DNA from: Bacteroidota bacterium
Lineage (GTDB): Bacteria; Bacteroidota; Bacteroidia; NS11-12g; UBA955
Reading direction: 5' to 3'
Assembly: GCA_041192805.1 (NCBI GenBank)
Contig: JBEEMF010000086.1
Span: forward strand, 128,291 to 192,290
Length of the DNA: 64,000 bases
Part shown: in pieces, positions 8,523 to 18,694 of the stretch
Layout of the letters: each line of letters begins with the position of its first letter
Numbering within the stretch: the first letter of the stretch is position 1
Translations under genes and position numbers: made by a program
The notes under the pieces: model-generated
Database searches by the model: none
What the model was told of the DNA's origin: nothing
Seen by the model: the letters and a program-made list of their open reading frames with translations, nothing else

Positions 8523-11006
8523 CTAGCGAAGCAAAGTAAAATTGCCTTGTAACGAACGTTTTTCATTATCACAACCGATCCAATAGGCAATGAAAATATA
8601 AACTCCTTCCGAAGCGGGCTTGCCATTGATATTGCCATCCCAGTTCATATCTGGATTGGTAAACTCAGCAATTTTCTCACCCCAACGATTGAATAATTTC
8701 ACATTATACAAAGAACCTTTCACCATATATTGGTTCATCGGATACATATCGTTCCGTCCATCGCCATTCGGAGTAAATGCATTTGGCATAAAAATGATTG
8801 ATGGAAAAGCATCCTTCCGCTTATTCAAATTCACAGAATCGCGATTTACACACCCTTCCGGATCTTTCACCTTCACCCAATACAAACCACTATCGTAACC
8901 GATTATCTTTTGCGATGTAGCGCCTGTATTCCACAAATAGGAAATCATGCCAGCACCGGCATCCAACGTAGGCATCTCAGACAAACACAACGATGTGTCG
9001 GGCCCCAAATTCACGATAGGATTGGGAAACAACTTCACATCAATCGAATCCTTTTCAGGGCAATCATTGGAGTTATGCAATTCAACGACAACTTTGCCTG
9101 GGGCTGTCAAACGGAACACAGGTCCAGTAACTTCCCTATTCCAAACGATTTTGGTCACATTCGGCAAGGTGATTGTCAATGTGGTATCGATCTTTTCACA
9201 ATACCTCAAATCCTTACCCATTTTAAACTCATAAGGAAAATTCTTAATCGTAAATGAATCTCTCGTTGAACACAAACCAACGGTCACCTTAACCCAATAC
9301 AATCCGGGCGTTGTAATATTTGCCGTTCTACCCGATGCGCCATCGCTCCAAACAACCGTTGTGTTTCCACCGGTATTAATCTTAGAATCAAAGGTCACCA
9401 CAGCAGACGGACATACCGTAGTATCGCGCACGTCAACCTTCACCGGACTATATTGAGAAACCAGGACAGAATCTATGGATTTGCATTTGTTCACAGTCTC
9501 ACCAATCAAGTAGTATTTACCCGTCTTTTTAACTGTGGTAAGTCTCGATGTGGCCCCAGTACTCCAGGTATATTTCGCCATACCCGGTGCGCCATAAATA
9601 TCTCTATTGATAGGATCATTGCTACAAATGGTAGTGTCACCCATAGCAATAACAATATTTCTATCAATCGTAACTTTCATTGAATCCCTCCAATAACAAA
9701 TCTTAGAATACACATCCAAATAAACCCAGCCTTCCAATTTGGTAATTATCGAATCAGTTGTTTGACCCGTACTCCATTTATAAGCATCCGCCTTAATATT
9801 CGATTTCAATTTCACAGAACCGCCTGGACAAATAATTGTATCCGTGGGCAACTTAGGTTTCAAGGGTTCAACAACGGTAACGTAAGCCACAAAACTGTCC
9901 AAACACTTATTCTTGTATGCATAAAGCTTCACCTTGAACTTACCCGCATGAGGAAACGTATAGGTCGGGCTCGGTAAGTTTGATGTATCGGTCTTTAAGC
10001 TATCTATGCCAAAGTCCCAATGATATCGCTGGGCTGAAGTACTCTTATTCTGAAACCTATACTGATATCCGCAAATAAATGTAGGCACGAAATACGACGC
10101 CACAACATCAATCACACAACTTTGCACATTGAATTGGTAATCACGTCGCGTTGTTCCAATCAATTGACCTTTTCGATATTCCTTAACCAAAATCCCAACC
10201 ACAAATTGACCTGTTTTGGTTGGAGTTAATGTCAAATAGCCAGTTTTAGAATCAATCTGCAACTGAGGATTTCCATTAATCGGATTGGTATCAATATAAC
10301 TGGCGCTCCAAGTTATTTGGGAGAAAGGCGGCATTTGCAAATCTCCGTTGGTTCCTTGGTCTGGACGCGGTGCGTTTGAAGTTCCTCCAGTAAAAGGTCT
10401 AAACAACTCATAAACCAAACTATCACCATCATCATCGGTAGCACTGTGGTCAAATTTTAATGGCGTATTAGTACATAAAAAATTAGGCGGCAACTCCTTA
10501 AACACTGCTGAGTTGTTCTCTTTTTTGTTCGATAGCGTCCGTGCATCAGGAATCAACGTCCAATAGTTGGCACCCGTCCCCCCTGGATCCACCAAATTAT
10601 TAATGGAACCGTTTCTGCAACAGCGCTGAAATGAAACATAATATCCTCCGGTTATGGGAGGTAAAGTAAAGGTGACTTCATACCAATATTGATCCACGCA
10701 AGCGTTAGGTGCTAGAACAATGCAATTATAATTGGTTTTTACGACACGTTTGGGGCCTTGACGACCTACTTGTTTTGGATAACCCCCAATCATATTTCGG
10801 GTTTGGCCGTTAAATACCCCAATGTATGCGGTTGCATCAGATGAAATGGCCTGTGGATTACCATTCTGACAATCAATATAAAGATCTAGGCGAATTCTGT
10901 ACTGATTATTACCCAAATACTTATACCCCATCTCCCCGCCCACAATATGCGTACTTTTTACCGTGCCAAACAGCAAACAAAACAGCACGAAAAAAGAGTA
11001 GCGCAT
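8523..11006 (-). CDS. large secreted protein with T9SS type-B (gliding motility-associated) C-terminal sorting domain
   Basis: ORF 8523..11012 (GTG), with an ATG at 11006. It has a signal peptide. The C-terminal block FMPNAFTPNGDGRNDMY...VKLFNRWGEKI...WDG......A.EGVY is the CHU_C/TIGR04131-type CTD. A PKD-like segment (YHWDFGI...PSPTYTF.HAGKFKVKL) and many Cys-containing beta-rich repeats are present. Confidence 0.85.
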   Translation of the reverse strand: MRYSFFVLFCLLFGTVKSTHIVGGEMGYKYLGNNQYRIRLDLYIDCQNGNPQAISSDATAYIGVFNGQTRNMIGGYPKQVGRQGPKRVVKTNYNCIVLAPNACVDQYWYEVTFTLPPITGGYYVSFQRCCRNGSINNLVDPGGTGANYWTLIPDARTLSNKKENNSAVFKELPPNFLCTNTPLKFDHSATDDDGDSLVYELFRPFTGGTSNAPRPDQGTNGDLQMPPFSQITWSASYIDTNPINGNPQLQIDSKTGYLTLTPTKTGQFVVGILVKEYRKGQLIGTTRRDYQFNVQSCVIDVVASYFVPTFICGYQYRFQNKSTSAQRYHWDFGIDSLKTDTSNLPSPTYTFPHAGKFKVKLYAYKNKCLDSFVAYVTVVEPLKPKLPTDTIICPGGSVKLKSNIKADAYKWSTGQTTDSIITKLEGWVYLDVYSKICYWRDSMKVTIDRNIVIAMGDTTICSNDPINRDIYGAPGMAKYTWSTGATSRLTTVKKTGKYYLIGETVNKCKSIDSVLVSQYSPVKVDVRDTTVCPSAVVTFDSKINTGGNTTVVWSDGASGRTANITTPGLYWVKVTVGLCSTRDSFTIKNFPYEFKMGKDLRYCEKIDTTLTITLPNVTKIVWNREVTGPVFRLTAPGKVVVELHNSNDCPEKDSIDVKLFPNPIVNLGPDTSLCLSEMPTLDAGAGMISYLWNTGATSQKIIGYDSGLYWVKVKDPEGCVNRDSVNLNKRKDAFPSIIFMPNAFTPNGDGRNDMYPMNQYMVKGSLYNVKLFNRWGEKIAEFTNPDMNWDGNINGKPASEGVYIFIAYWIGCDNEKRSLQGNFTLLR

Positions 11007-11017
11007 TTTCACTTATT

Positions 11018-11025
11018 CAAAAATA
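11018..11025 (-). promoter_or_regulatory. candidate -7 box (TATTTTTG on minus strand)
   Basis: Exact TAnnTTTG match, 11 nt upstream of the ATG at 11006. Confidence 0.4.
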
Positions 11026-11090
11026 ACAAAAAACGAAGCAAAGAGTTGTCAGAATGACAAGTAAATTTCCAATACAGCACTATTTGAAAA

Positions 11091-11588
11091 TCAAATCAAA
11101 TACAATTTTAGATCTCCGGGATCCTCATTGTTAAAAAATACATGTTCTTGCAATGTCGTTGCGATTGAAACACCCACAAAATTTGCCTGGATGGGATAAT
11201 CCCTATGTTCGCGTTGCGCTAAAAATGCGGTACGAATAATTTCAAAGCCATGCTCATATAAATCAACCAAAACTTGCATCGCTGTTCCACCCGAGTGAAT
11301 CACGTCGTCTACAATAATTACTGGGGTTGACATGGCCACCATATTCGGCAGAATTCCTTCCCATTTGTAATCCTCTGAGGCGTTAACATTCCCCAATGAA
11401 ATATTACAATCGGGTAAAATGCGATCTAATTCGTGGTTCAACTCCAGCGCAATCGACATCCCTCGTTCGTTAATAGCCACAAAATATAAATCTTCTTGAT
11501 CGGCAAAAGATTCCGCGATTTCTAAAGCCATCCGTTGAAAAATGACACGGATTTCATGATGATTCTTTAGTTGAGTGCGGGTTGACAT
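11091..11588 (-). CDS. phosphoribosyltransferase family protein (PyrR-like)
   Basis: 165 aa with the PRPP-binding motif VIIVDDVIHSGGT. Size and layout resemble PyrR/UPRTase-type proteins. Confidence 0.65.
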   Translation of the reverse strand: MSTRTQLKNHHEIRVIFQRMALEIAESFADQEDLYFVAINERGMSIALELNHELDRILPDCNISLGNVNASEDYKWEGILPNMVAMSTPVIIVDDVIHSGGTAMQVLVDLYEHGFEIIRTAFLAQREHRDYPIQANFVGVSIATTLQEHVFFNNEDPGDLKLYLI

Positions 11589-11614
11589 GGAATGGTAAAA
11601 TTACATTTATGCGG

Positions 11615-12103
11615 TTAAATCTCCTCTATTCCAAGAAAATTTTTGCGCAAACGATCCAAATATTTCGATTTTTGATACCATTCAACCAATTCATCCAAAT
11701 TGGGTGATGACGCATCTTTTAATAAATTCAAGGCTTCCGTTAACTCTATTTCTGCTTGATTCAACAAGGCTCCTGCCCTCTCTCCCGCCGCCAAATCACC
11801 GGCATGTTTTTCATCGATTTCATCGTTCAAACCCATCATTTCAAACAAGAAATCCTTAGGCAATCGATTTTGATTTAGGTCGACCACGTCCATCGAAAGC
11901 AGATAGGCCCTTACAACGCCGCGAGACGTGCGTAACTCCTCATAAAAACGATTCGCAAGCTCAATTACGTCAATCTCTGAACTATCATCGCCTTTCAAAT
12001 CGGGGTGACCTTGTCGTTGAATTTCAATATATCGAACCCGAAGTTGTTTAGCATCCAAATTCAAAGATGGCGTTAGCCCAAAAAACTCGAATGCATTTTG
12101 CAT
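11615..12103 (-). CDS. J-domain-like co-chaperone (HscB-like)
   Basis: 162 aa. The N-terminus FEFFGLTPSLNLDAKQLRVRYIEIQRQGHPD resembles an HscB-type J domain with an HPD tripeptide. The assignment is tentative. Confidence 0.45.
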   Translation of the reverse strand: MQNAFEFFGLTPSLNLDAKQLRVRYIEIQRQGHPDLKGDDSSEIDVIELANRFYEELRTSRGVVRAYLLSMDVVDLNQNRLPKDFLFEMMGLNDEIDEKHAGDLAAGERAGALLNQAEIELTEALNLLKDASSPNLDELVEWYQKSKYLDRLRKNFLGIEEI

Positions 12104-12104
12104 A

Positions 12105-13505
12105 TTAAATCCCCAACGCTCTAGCGATATCTACCCAGAAAGTAAAAGCTACCAAAGAGAGTAAAATAACCATTCCAATTAACTGACCCACGTATAATAC
12201 CTTCTCTGAAACAGGTCGTCTTGCGATGATTTCATACAATAAGAACATCACATGTCCGCCATCCAATGCTGGAATAGGAAGAATATTCATAAACGCAAGC
12301 ACCAAGCTAAGCATCGCCGTAAGTGTCCAAAAGTTAACCCAATCCCAGGTACCACCAAACATCTGTGCAATACCCACCGGACCAGCCAACGACTTAGAAG
12401 CGTCTGTTTTGCCAGAAGCCACATTACCCAAGGCTTTCGCATTGGCACCAATCAAACCAAAAGAACGAGAAACGCCTTTGTTGACCGATTCACCCAGACC
12501 ATATTGGATGATCTTTTCATCGTTTTCAAATCCCGAGAACTTGGGTTGGAATCCGATGGTAGCATCCGCATTGACATCCACTGTTAACACTGTGGTTTTG
12601 CCCATTGTGTCTTTCACTTGCATTTTGATTCTTTGCCCAGCGTATTTCACTAAGGTTTCTTTGAATTCAAAAAACGACAACACATCTTTACCTTCTACTT
12701 TTTGGATCGCATCACCCACATCGAATCCTGCTTTGTATGCGTTTCCGCCGCCGGTGAGTTTACCGACAACGAACGACAATCGAGGTGCGAAGAATGGCAT
12801 ATCTGACTTCTTCGACAGCAACTCTTCAAAATTTTCAGGCAATACCAAAGTGGTATCATAATAAACATATTGAGACGTCGCTGATTGCGTAGAATCAGAA
12901 GAAGCAACAATCACCAACCTCGCACGTTGGATATCAATAACCTTTTTATCGGCCATTAAAAAAGAAGGGTTACCAAATTCGGCATCCAAATTTTCGACTT
13001 TTTGACCATTCAAAGCGATAATTCTATCCCCAGTAGCAAAACCCATAGAGCGCGCCACCGGGCTAGCATACACACCACCTTTGCTATTAATAGCCTCGTT
13101 TGGTATATACGCTTCACCTTGAGAATAGGTCAATGAAATCATCAAGATGATTCCCAATATCAAGTTCACGGTTACACCGCCCACCATTACAATCAAACGC
13201 TGCCAGGCTGGCTTACTGCGGAATTCCCAAGGCTGAGGCTCCGACTTCATTTGCTCGGTATCCAAGCTCTCATCCATCATTCCGGCAATCTTAACGTAAC
13301 CGCCCAATGGCAACCAACCCATACCATACTCTGTATCGCCGCGTTTAAAACTAAACAACTTAAAGTTCCAAGCATCAAAGAACAAAATGAACTTCTCGAT
13401 GCGAATACCAAATGCTCTGGCGGCCCAATAATGACCAAATTCGTGCAAGGTAATTAGAATCGATAAAGCTAAAATAAACTGTGCGGCAGTAATTAGTATT
13501 TCCAT
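12105..13505 (-). CDS. rseP: RIP site-2 metalloprotease
   Basis: 466 aa. HEFGHY zinc motif at the N-terminus, internal PDZ-like segments, a C-terminal NILPIPALDGG motif, and multiple TM helices. Confidence 0.9.
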   Translation of the reverse strand: MEILITAAQFILALSILITLHEFGHYWAARAFGIRIEKFILFFDAWNFKLFSFKRGDTEYGMGWLPLGGYVKIAGMMDESLDTEQMKSEPQPWEFRSKPAWQRLIVMVGGVTVNLILGIILMISLTYSQGEAYIPNEAINSKGGVYASPVARSMGFATGDRIIALNGQKVENLDAEFGNPSFLMADKKVIDIQRARLVIVASSDSTQSATSQYVYYDTTLVLPENFEELLSKKSDMPFFAPRLSFVVGKLTGGGNAYKAGFDVGDAIQKVEGKDVLSFFEFKETLVKYAGQRIKMQVKDTMGKTTVLTVDVNADATIGFQPKFSGFENDEKIIQYGLGESVNKGVSRSFGLIGANAKALGNVASGKTDASKSLAGPVGIAQMFGGTWDWVNFWTLTAMLSLVLAFMNILPIPALDGGHVMFLLYEIIARRPVSEKVLYVGQLIGMVILLSLVAFTFWVDIARALGI

Positions 13506-13519
13506 AAATATATGTTTTA

Positions 13520-13527
13520 CAAAGATA
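13520..13527 (-). promoter_or_regulatory. candidate -7 box (TATCTTTG on minus strand)
   Basis: Exact TAnnTTTG match, 14 nt upstream of the rseP ATG (13505). Confidence 0.4.
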
Positions 13528-13575
13528 GTTTATTCTTTGTCGATGCTCACCAAAATCGGGGAAAACTCTATTCGC

Positions 13576-14022
13576 TTAGACGAAGGACTTCTCCATTAGA
13601 TGATGCGGAATACCTACCTCTTCAAACTGATCTCCCACAATGCTATATCCTAGCGATACATAAAAATCCAATGCCGAATCTCGGGCATGCAGTATCATTT
13701 TTTTCTTTCCCATTTCGATGGCTTTTGCCTCTGACAGTAAAACCATTCTCGCACCGACTTTATTTTTACGGTATTTATTAGCGACCGCTACCTGCCTCAT
13801 TTTCAAATCGTTGCCCGATTCAGTGAGTATCATACAGCCCACCAACCAGTCGCCATGATTGGCCACCAAATGAATATCACCATTCTCCTCCGGGAAAATC
13901 GCGGGATCAAAAACCATCCCCAAAGGCTTGCGCAAAACCTCATGTCGCAACGCCAAGGATTGGATATATTTCACCGATCCCCATTCGATAATTTCTAGTT
14001 CGATAAATGGCGTTTTCTCCAT
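13576..14022 (-). CDS. GNAT family N-acetyltransferase
   Basis: ORF 13576..14052. The ATG at 14022 is preferred because it avoids overlap with the maeB stop. It has the acetyl-CoA binding-like block RQVAV...YRKNKVGARMV and the typical size. Confidence 0.7.
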   Translation of the reverse strand: MEKTPFIELEIIEWGSVKYIQSLALRHEVLRKPLGMVFDPAIFPEENGDIHLVANHGDWLVGCMILTESGNDLKMRQVAVANKYRKNKVGARMVLLSEAKAIEMGKKKMILHARDSALDFYVSLGYSIVGDQFEEVGIPHHLMEKSFV

Positions 14023-14032
14023 GACAAAATCC

Positions 14033-16291
14033 TTATTTATCCTGAGATTCACTCACCGCCAAAGCCACCATATTCAAAATTTCGCGAACGGATGAACTGT
14101 GATGAAGGATGTGAACCGACTTCTTAAATCCTAACAAAACAGGACCAATTGCCTCCATATTCCCCATGCTTCTCATGATCTGATATACTGCATTTCCGGT
14201 ACTCAAACCACTAAATATAAATACGTTAGCCGACTTATCGCCCAACTTATTAAATGGAAACCTTCTGCTTCTCAAATCACCGTCTATCGCATATACCGGC
14301 TGCATCTCACCATCCACCAAAATGTCAGGTCGATCCGCATGTAAACGTTTAACCACCTTTTGCATCATCAAAGGGTATTTACCCGCTGAACTACCAAAGT
14401 TTGAATAGGAAATCAATGCGATGCGTGGTTCAATCTGAAATGATTTCACTCTATCATGTACCAAACCAACCATTTCACAAACAGAATCTTCATCAATGTC
14501 AATATTCACCGTAGTATCGGCAAAAAACACAGGACCTGATTTAGCCATCATGATATGCATTCCCGCCACCCGATGGGTTGTTGAAACCATACCAATACAA
14601 TCCAAAGCCGGTCTCAATGCGATGGGGTAATTCCTTGTTAAACCGCTAATAAAGGCATCCGCTTTGCCATGCTCAACCATCATCGAACCAAAATAATTTC
14701 GATTTCGCATTTGATATTCCGCTTCAAATCCCGTGAGTCCTTTTCTACTGCGCTTTTGAAACAAGATTTCGCCATATTCCTTTAACTGTTCATCCTGCTT
14801 TCTAGGGTCGATCATGACTACCCCAGGAATCTCAATGAAATTCTCATCCATCATTTTCTGAATGGCCTCAGGATTTCCCAACAAAATTGGTTCGCAAATT
14901 CCGTCGCGTTTTGCAATTTCTGCCGCTTTTAGGATGCGAATATGATCGGCTTCCGCAAAAACAACACGCTTAGGATTGGTTTTCGCTTTGGTCATCAAAC
15001 GGTTTACGAAATCATTGTCGATGCCTAATCGCTGACGTAACTGTGAATTATAGCCTTCCCAATCCGTAATCGGATTCTTGGCTACACCGCTATCCATAGC
15101 CGCTTTTGCCACCGCCGGAGCCACCGTTGTCAGCAATCGTGGATCCATCGGCTTAGGAATGATATACTGCGGACCAAAACTCAAGTTCTTTTCATTGTAT
15201 GCCATCATCACACTCTCTGGCACAGGCTGCATCGCCAAGTCAGCAATGGCTCGAACCGCAGCGAGTTTCATTTCTTCATTGATCTCCGTTGCTCTAACAT
15301 CCAATGCGCCGCGGAAAATGAAAGGGAATCCTAATACATTGTTAACCTGATTGGGGTAATCCGACCTGCCTGTAGCCATAATCAAATCAGGACGCGTTGC
15401 CACCGCCAAATGGTAGTCGATTTCAGGCGTAGGATTTGCCATCGCAAAGACAATGGGCTTTTCCGCCATCGACAAAATCATCTCAGGGGTAAGAATATTT
15501 CCTTTGCTCAAACCAATAAAAACATCAGCTGAAACCAGAGCATCATCCAATGTATTTAGGTCGCGCTGAGTGACGAACTGACTCTTATATTTATCTAAAT
15601 CGGTTCTATCGGCACGCAAAACGCCTTTTGAATCGAGCATTACGATATTCTTTTTATCGGCCCCGAGCGACACGAACAATTTGGAACAAGCAATGGCCGA
15701 AGCCCCAGCCCCATTCACTACGATGCGAACATCGCTCAATTCTTTTTCAACCAATCGCAATGCATTGATCAAACCCGCAGCAGAAATAATTGCCGTTCCA
15801 TGCTGATCATCGTGCATAATCGGAATATTCAACGCAGCCTTTAATCGCTCTTCAATTTCAAAACTTTCTGGCGCCTTAATATCTTCTAAGTTGATTCCAC
15901 CAAAAGTGGGCTCCATGGCCTTAACCGTCTCAACGAAATGATCAACATCCTTACAATTCAGTTCGATGTCGAATACGTCGATGTCGGCGAAAATTTTGAA
16001 TAACACGCCCTTCCCTTCCATCACCGGCTTGGATGCCTCCGGACCAATATCGCCCAATCCCAATACGGCGGTACCATTGGAAATTACTGCTACCAAATTC
16101 CCTTTTGCCGTGTATTTGTATACGTCGTCTACGTTTGCAGCAATAGCCAAACACGGTTCGGCAACCCCCGGAGAATATGCCAATGCCAAATCAAATTGCG
16201 TTTGAGTGGGCTTGGTAGATATTACCTCTATTTTTCCAGGTCTTCCATCGGCATGATAACTGAGCGCGTCGAGCAATTTCTTTTCTGACAT
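14033..16291 (-). CDS. maeB: NADP-dependent malic enzyme (malic enzyme + phosphotransacetylase-like domain)
   Basis: 752 aa. N-terminal malic enzyme motifs (LALAYSPGVA, VISNGTAVLGLGDIG, GINLEDI, VVNGAGASAIA) plus a roughly 330-aa C-terminal PTA-like domain. Confidence 0.92.
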   Translation of the reverse strand: MSEKKLLDALSYHADGRPGKIEVISTKPTQTQFDLALAYSPGVAEPCLAIAANVDDVYKYTAKGNLVAVISNGTAVLGLGDIGPEASKPVMEGKGVLFKIFADIDVFDIELNCKDVDHFVETVKAMEPTFGGINLEDIKAPESFEIEERLKAALNIPIMHDDQHGTAIISAAGLINALRLVEKELSDVRIVVNGAGASAIACSKLFVSLGADKKNIVMLDSKGVLRADRTDLDKYKSQFVTQRDLNTLDDALVSADVFIGLSKGNILTPEMILSMAEKPIVFAMANPTPEIDYHLAVATRPDLIMATGRSDYPNQVNNVLGFPFIFRGALDVRATEINEEMKLAAVRAIADLAMQPVPESVMMAYNEKNLSFGPQYIIPKPMDPRLLTTVAPAVAKAAMDSGVAKNPITDWEGYNSQLRQRLGIDNDFVNRLMTKAKTNPKRVVFAEADHIRILKAAEIAKRDGICEPILLGNPEAIQKMMDENFIEIPGVVMIDPRKQDEQLKEYGEILFQKRSRKGLTGFEAEYQMRNRNYFGSMMVEHGKADAFISGLTRNYPIALRPALDCIGMVSTTHRVAGMHIMMAKSGPVFFADTTVNIDIDEDSVCEMVGLVHDRVKSFQIEPRIALISYSNFGSSAGKYPLMMQKVVKRLHADRPDILVDGEMQPVYAIDGDLRSRRFPFNKLGDKSANVFIFSGLSTGNAVYQIMRSMGNMEAIGPVLLGFKKSVHILHHSSSVREILNMVALAVSESQDK

Positions 16292-16298
16292 ATGCTGG

Positions 16299-16306
16299 CA
16301 AAGATA
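16299..16306 (-). promoter_or_regulatory. candidate -7 box (TATCTTTG on minus strand)
   Basis: Exact TAnnTTTG match, 7 nt upstream of the maeB ATG (16291). Confidence 0.4.
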
Positions 16307-16417
16307 GTCGGGCTTTTGTAAATGGACGTTTCGCTTTATGAACGAATAATTTTTGATGTCTAATTTTTTATAACGCTGCGGTGTATATTCAATTTCGTAA
16401 GTGTGGCTTGGGGGTTT

Positions 16418-16425
16418 TATCTTTG
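16418..16425 (+). promoter_or_regulatory. candidate -7 box (TATCTTTG)
   Basis: Exact TAnnTTTG match, 9 nt upstream of the fumC ATG (16435). It is divergent from the maeB box. Confidence 0.4.
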
Positions 16426-16434
16426 TAGCATATT

Positions 16435-17847
16435 ATGACACAGTATCGCATAGAACACGACACCATGGGTGAAGTCAAAGTCCCCGCCAATGCATTATGG
16501 GGCGCACAGACCGAACGCAGCAGAAACAATTTCAAAATCGGACCTGAAGGCAGCATGCCCTTGGAAATCATCCGTGCATTTGGTATATTGAAAAAAAGTG
16601 CTGCGCGCACAAACCGTGATTTGGGTGTATTGTCGGCCGAAAAATGTGACTTAATCTGTACCGTATGTGATGAAATCATCGAGGGCAAATTGGATTCTGA
16701 GTTCCCATTGGTAATTTGGCAAACAGGCTCTGGAACCCAGAGTAATATGAATGTGAATGAAGTCATCGCCAACCGCGCTCATGTATTGAGTGGTGGAAAA
16801 TTGGATGATGAAAAGAAAGTGTTACATCCTAACGACGATGTAAATAAGAGTCAGAGTTCAAACGACACGTTCCCAACTGCAATGAGTATTGCTGTTTTCA
16901 AGCAAGTAGTAGATTACACATTGCCTGGGATTCAAGCGCTAAAAACTACATTAAAGCACAAGGCTCGCGATTATGAAAACATCGTAAAGATCGGTCGTAC
17001 CCACTTTATGGATGCTACTCCATTAACACTGGGTCAAGAATTTAGTGCTTATGTACAACAATTAGAGAACGGTGTAAGCGCAATCAATCGCGCTTTGCCT
17101 ACCGCTGCAGAATTGGCATTGGGTGGTACCGCCGTTGGAACTGGATTAAATACCCCTGCGGGATATTCTGAACTAGTTGCTAAATACATTGCCGAAGAAA
17201 CCGCATTGCCATTCGTAACTGCACCAAACAAGTTTGAAGCCTTGGCAGCCCACGACGCAATGGTTGAATTGCATGGAGCACTCAAACGCGCTGCAATGAG
17301 CTGTTTCAAAATTGCAAACGACATACGAATGTTGAGTTCTGGCCCACGTAGCGGAATTGGTGAAATCATCATCCCCGAAAACGAGCCCGGCAGTTCAATC
17401 ATGCCAGGAAAAGTCAACCCTACCCAACCCGAAGCATTAACCATGGTTTGCGCCCAAATCTTGGGAAATGATGTCGCCATTTCATTCGCTGCTTCTCAAG
17501 GACATTTCGAATTGAACGTATTTAAACCCGTTATCGCTTCTAATATGTTACAAAGCGCTCGTTTATTGGGCCAGGCTTGCTTGAGCTTCAACGACAACTG
17601 TGCTGTTGGCATCGAACCAAATTTGGACAATATTCAACGGTTGGTAGATCAAAGTTTGATGTTAGTAACCGCATTAAACACCCATATCGGCTATGAAAAT
17701 GCAGCCAAAATCGCGAAGAAAGCGCACAAAGAGAATATGACATTAAAGGAAGCGTCGTTGGCACTAGGACTGTTAACCGAAGAACAATTCAACGAATGGG
17801 TTCGCCCAGAATTGATGGTTGGCAATCCAAAAGAAGTGATCAAATAA
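16435..17847 (+). CDS. fumC: class II fumarate hydratase
   Basis: 470 aa with the signature [13 protein letters not shown], plus [10 protein letters not shown] and the HPNDDVN.SQSSND blocks. Confidence 0.95.
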   Translation: MTQYRIEHDTMGEVKVPANALWGAQTERSRNNFKIGPEGSMPLEIIRAFGILKKSAARTNRDLGVLSAEKCDLICTVCDEIIEGKLDSEFPLVIWQTGSGTQSNMNVNEVIANRAHVLSGGKLDDEKKVLHPNDDVNKSQSSNDTFPTAMSIAVFKQVVDYTLPGIQALKTTLKHKARDYENIVKIGRTHFMDATPLTLGQEFSAYVQQLENGVSAINRALPTAAELALGGTAVGTGLNTPAGYSELVAKYIAEETALPFVTAPNKFEALAAHDAMVELHGALKRAAMSCFKIANDIRMLSSGPRSGIGEIIIPENEPGSSIMPGKVNPTQPEALTMVCAQILGNDVAISFAASQGHFELNVFKPVIASNMLQSARLLGQACLSFNDNCAVGIEPNLDNIQRLVDQSLMLVTALNTHIGYENAAKIAKKAHKENMTLKEASLALGLLTEEQFNEWVRPELMVGNPKEVIK

Positions 17848-17851
17848 GACC

Positions 17852-18676
17852 ATGTTCCTACTATCTAAAGAAAAAAAACTGTCGTTGACAACGCCCGTAA
17901 TCATGGGCATCCTCAATACAACTCCAGACTCTTTCTACGGAAAAAGCCGGGTTCAAACTGAGCAAGAATCTGTAGATCTCGCTGGTGCGATGATTGAAGC
18001 AGGTGCTGCTATTATTGACATTGGCGGACAAAGTACGAGACCGGGCAGTGAGAGAGTAAGTTTTGGTGAAGAGCTAGAACGCGTGGCACCCGTTGTTAGA
18101 GCAATCCGTAGGGCCTTCCCCGAGGCTTGGCTTAGCGTAGATACCTATTACAGTTCAGTGGCGTTGGCTTGCATTGGCTTGGGCATCGACATGATAAATG
18201 ACATTGCAGCGGGCGATAATGATCCAAAGATGTTTCGGACGGTGTTCGACAATGAGGTAGCTTATGTTGCCATGCACAAAAAAGGCAACCCAGAAACAAT
18301 GCAGGACGATCCTCATTACGATGATTTGATGGGTGAAATACTTGAATATTTCAATCAAAAAAAGCAAGAGTATCGCAAAGCAGATTTTGCCAATTGGGTG
18401 ATTGATCCCGGATTCGGATTTGGCAAAACAACTGAACATAACTTTCAGTTGTTGAATCAGTTGCAAAAATTTAGGCAGTTTAACAAACCATTGCTCGTTG
18501 GGATTTCGAGAAAAGGAATGATTTGGAAAACCATAAATGGCACGCCTGAAACAGCATTAAATGGGACCACGGCGCTTCATATGGCCGCTTTGGATCGCGG
18601 TGCTAATATTTTGAGAGTACACGATGTAAAAGAAGCCAAAGAATGCATTGATTTGTTTTTGGCTTTGAAAGCATAA
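17852..18676 (+). CDS. folP: dihydropteroate synthase
   Basis: 274 aa. Motifs IMGILNTTPDSF, IIDIGGQSTRPG, INDI, DPGFGFGKT and GISRK. Confidence 0.9.
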   Translation: MFLLSKEKKLSLTTPVIMGILNTTPDSFYGKSRVQTEQESVDLAGAMIEAGAAIIDIGGQSTRPGSERVSFGEELERVAPVVRAIRRAFPEAWLSVDTYYSSVALACIGLGIDMINDIAAGDNDPKMFRTVFDNEVAYVAMHKKGNPETMQDDPHYDDLMGEILEYFNQKKQEYRKADFANWVIDPGFGFGKTTEHNFQLLNQLQKFRQFNKPLLVGISRKGMIWKTINGTPETALNGTTALHMAALDRGANILRVHDVKEAKECIDLFLALKA

Positions 18677-18682
18677 TCCTCT

Positions 18683-18690
18683 TAACTTTG
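18683..18690 (+). promoter_or_regulatory. candidate -7 box (TAACTTTG)
   Basis: Exact TAnnTTTG match, 4 nt upstream of the ATG at 18695. A second in-frame ATG lies at 18704. Confidence 0.3.
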
Positions 18691-18694
18691 CATC

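Noticed and set aside
12226-12861. A 211-aa plus-strand ORF antisense to rseP. Similar long antisense ORFs occur at 16389-16772, 17049-17480, 32627-33010, 49848-50234, 51122-51514 and 57643-58032.
   Set aside because: Each lies entirely inside a confidently assigned gene on the opposite strand. Their composition is low-complexity or Ser/Pro/Thr-biased with no recognisable motifs, and they have no promoter box. They are typical shadow ORFs.
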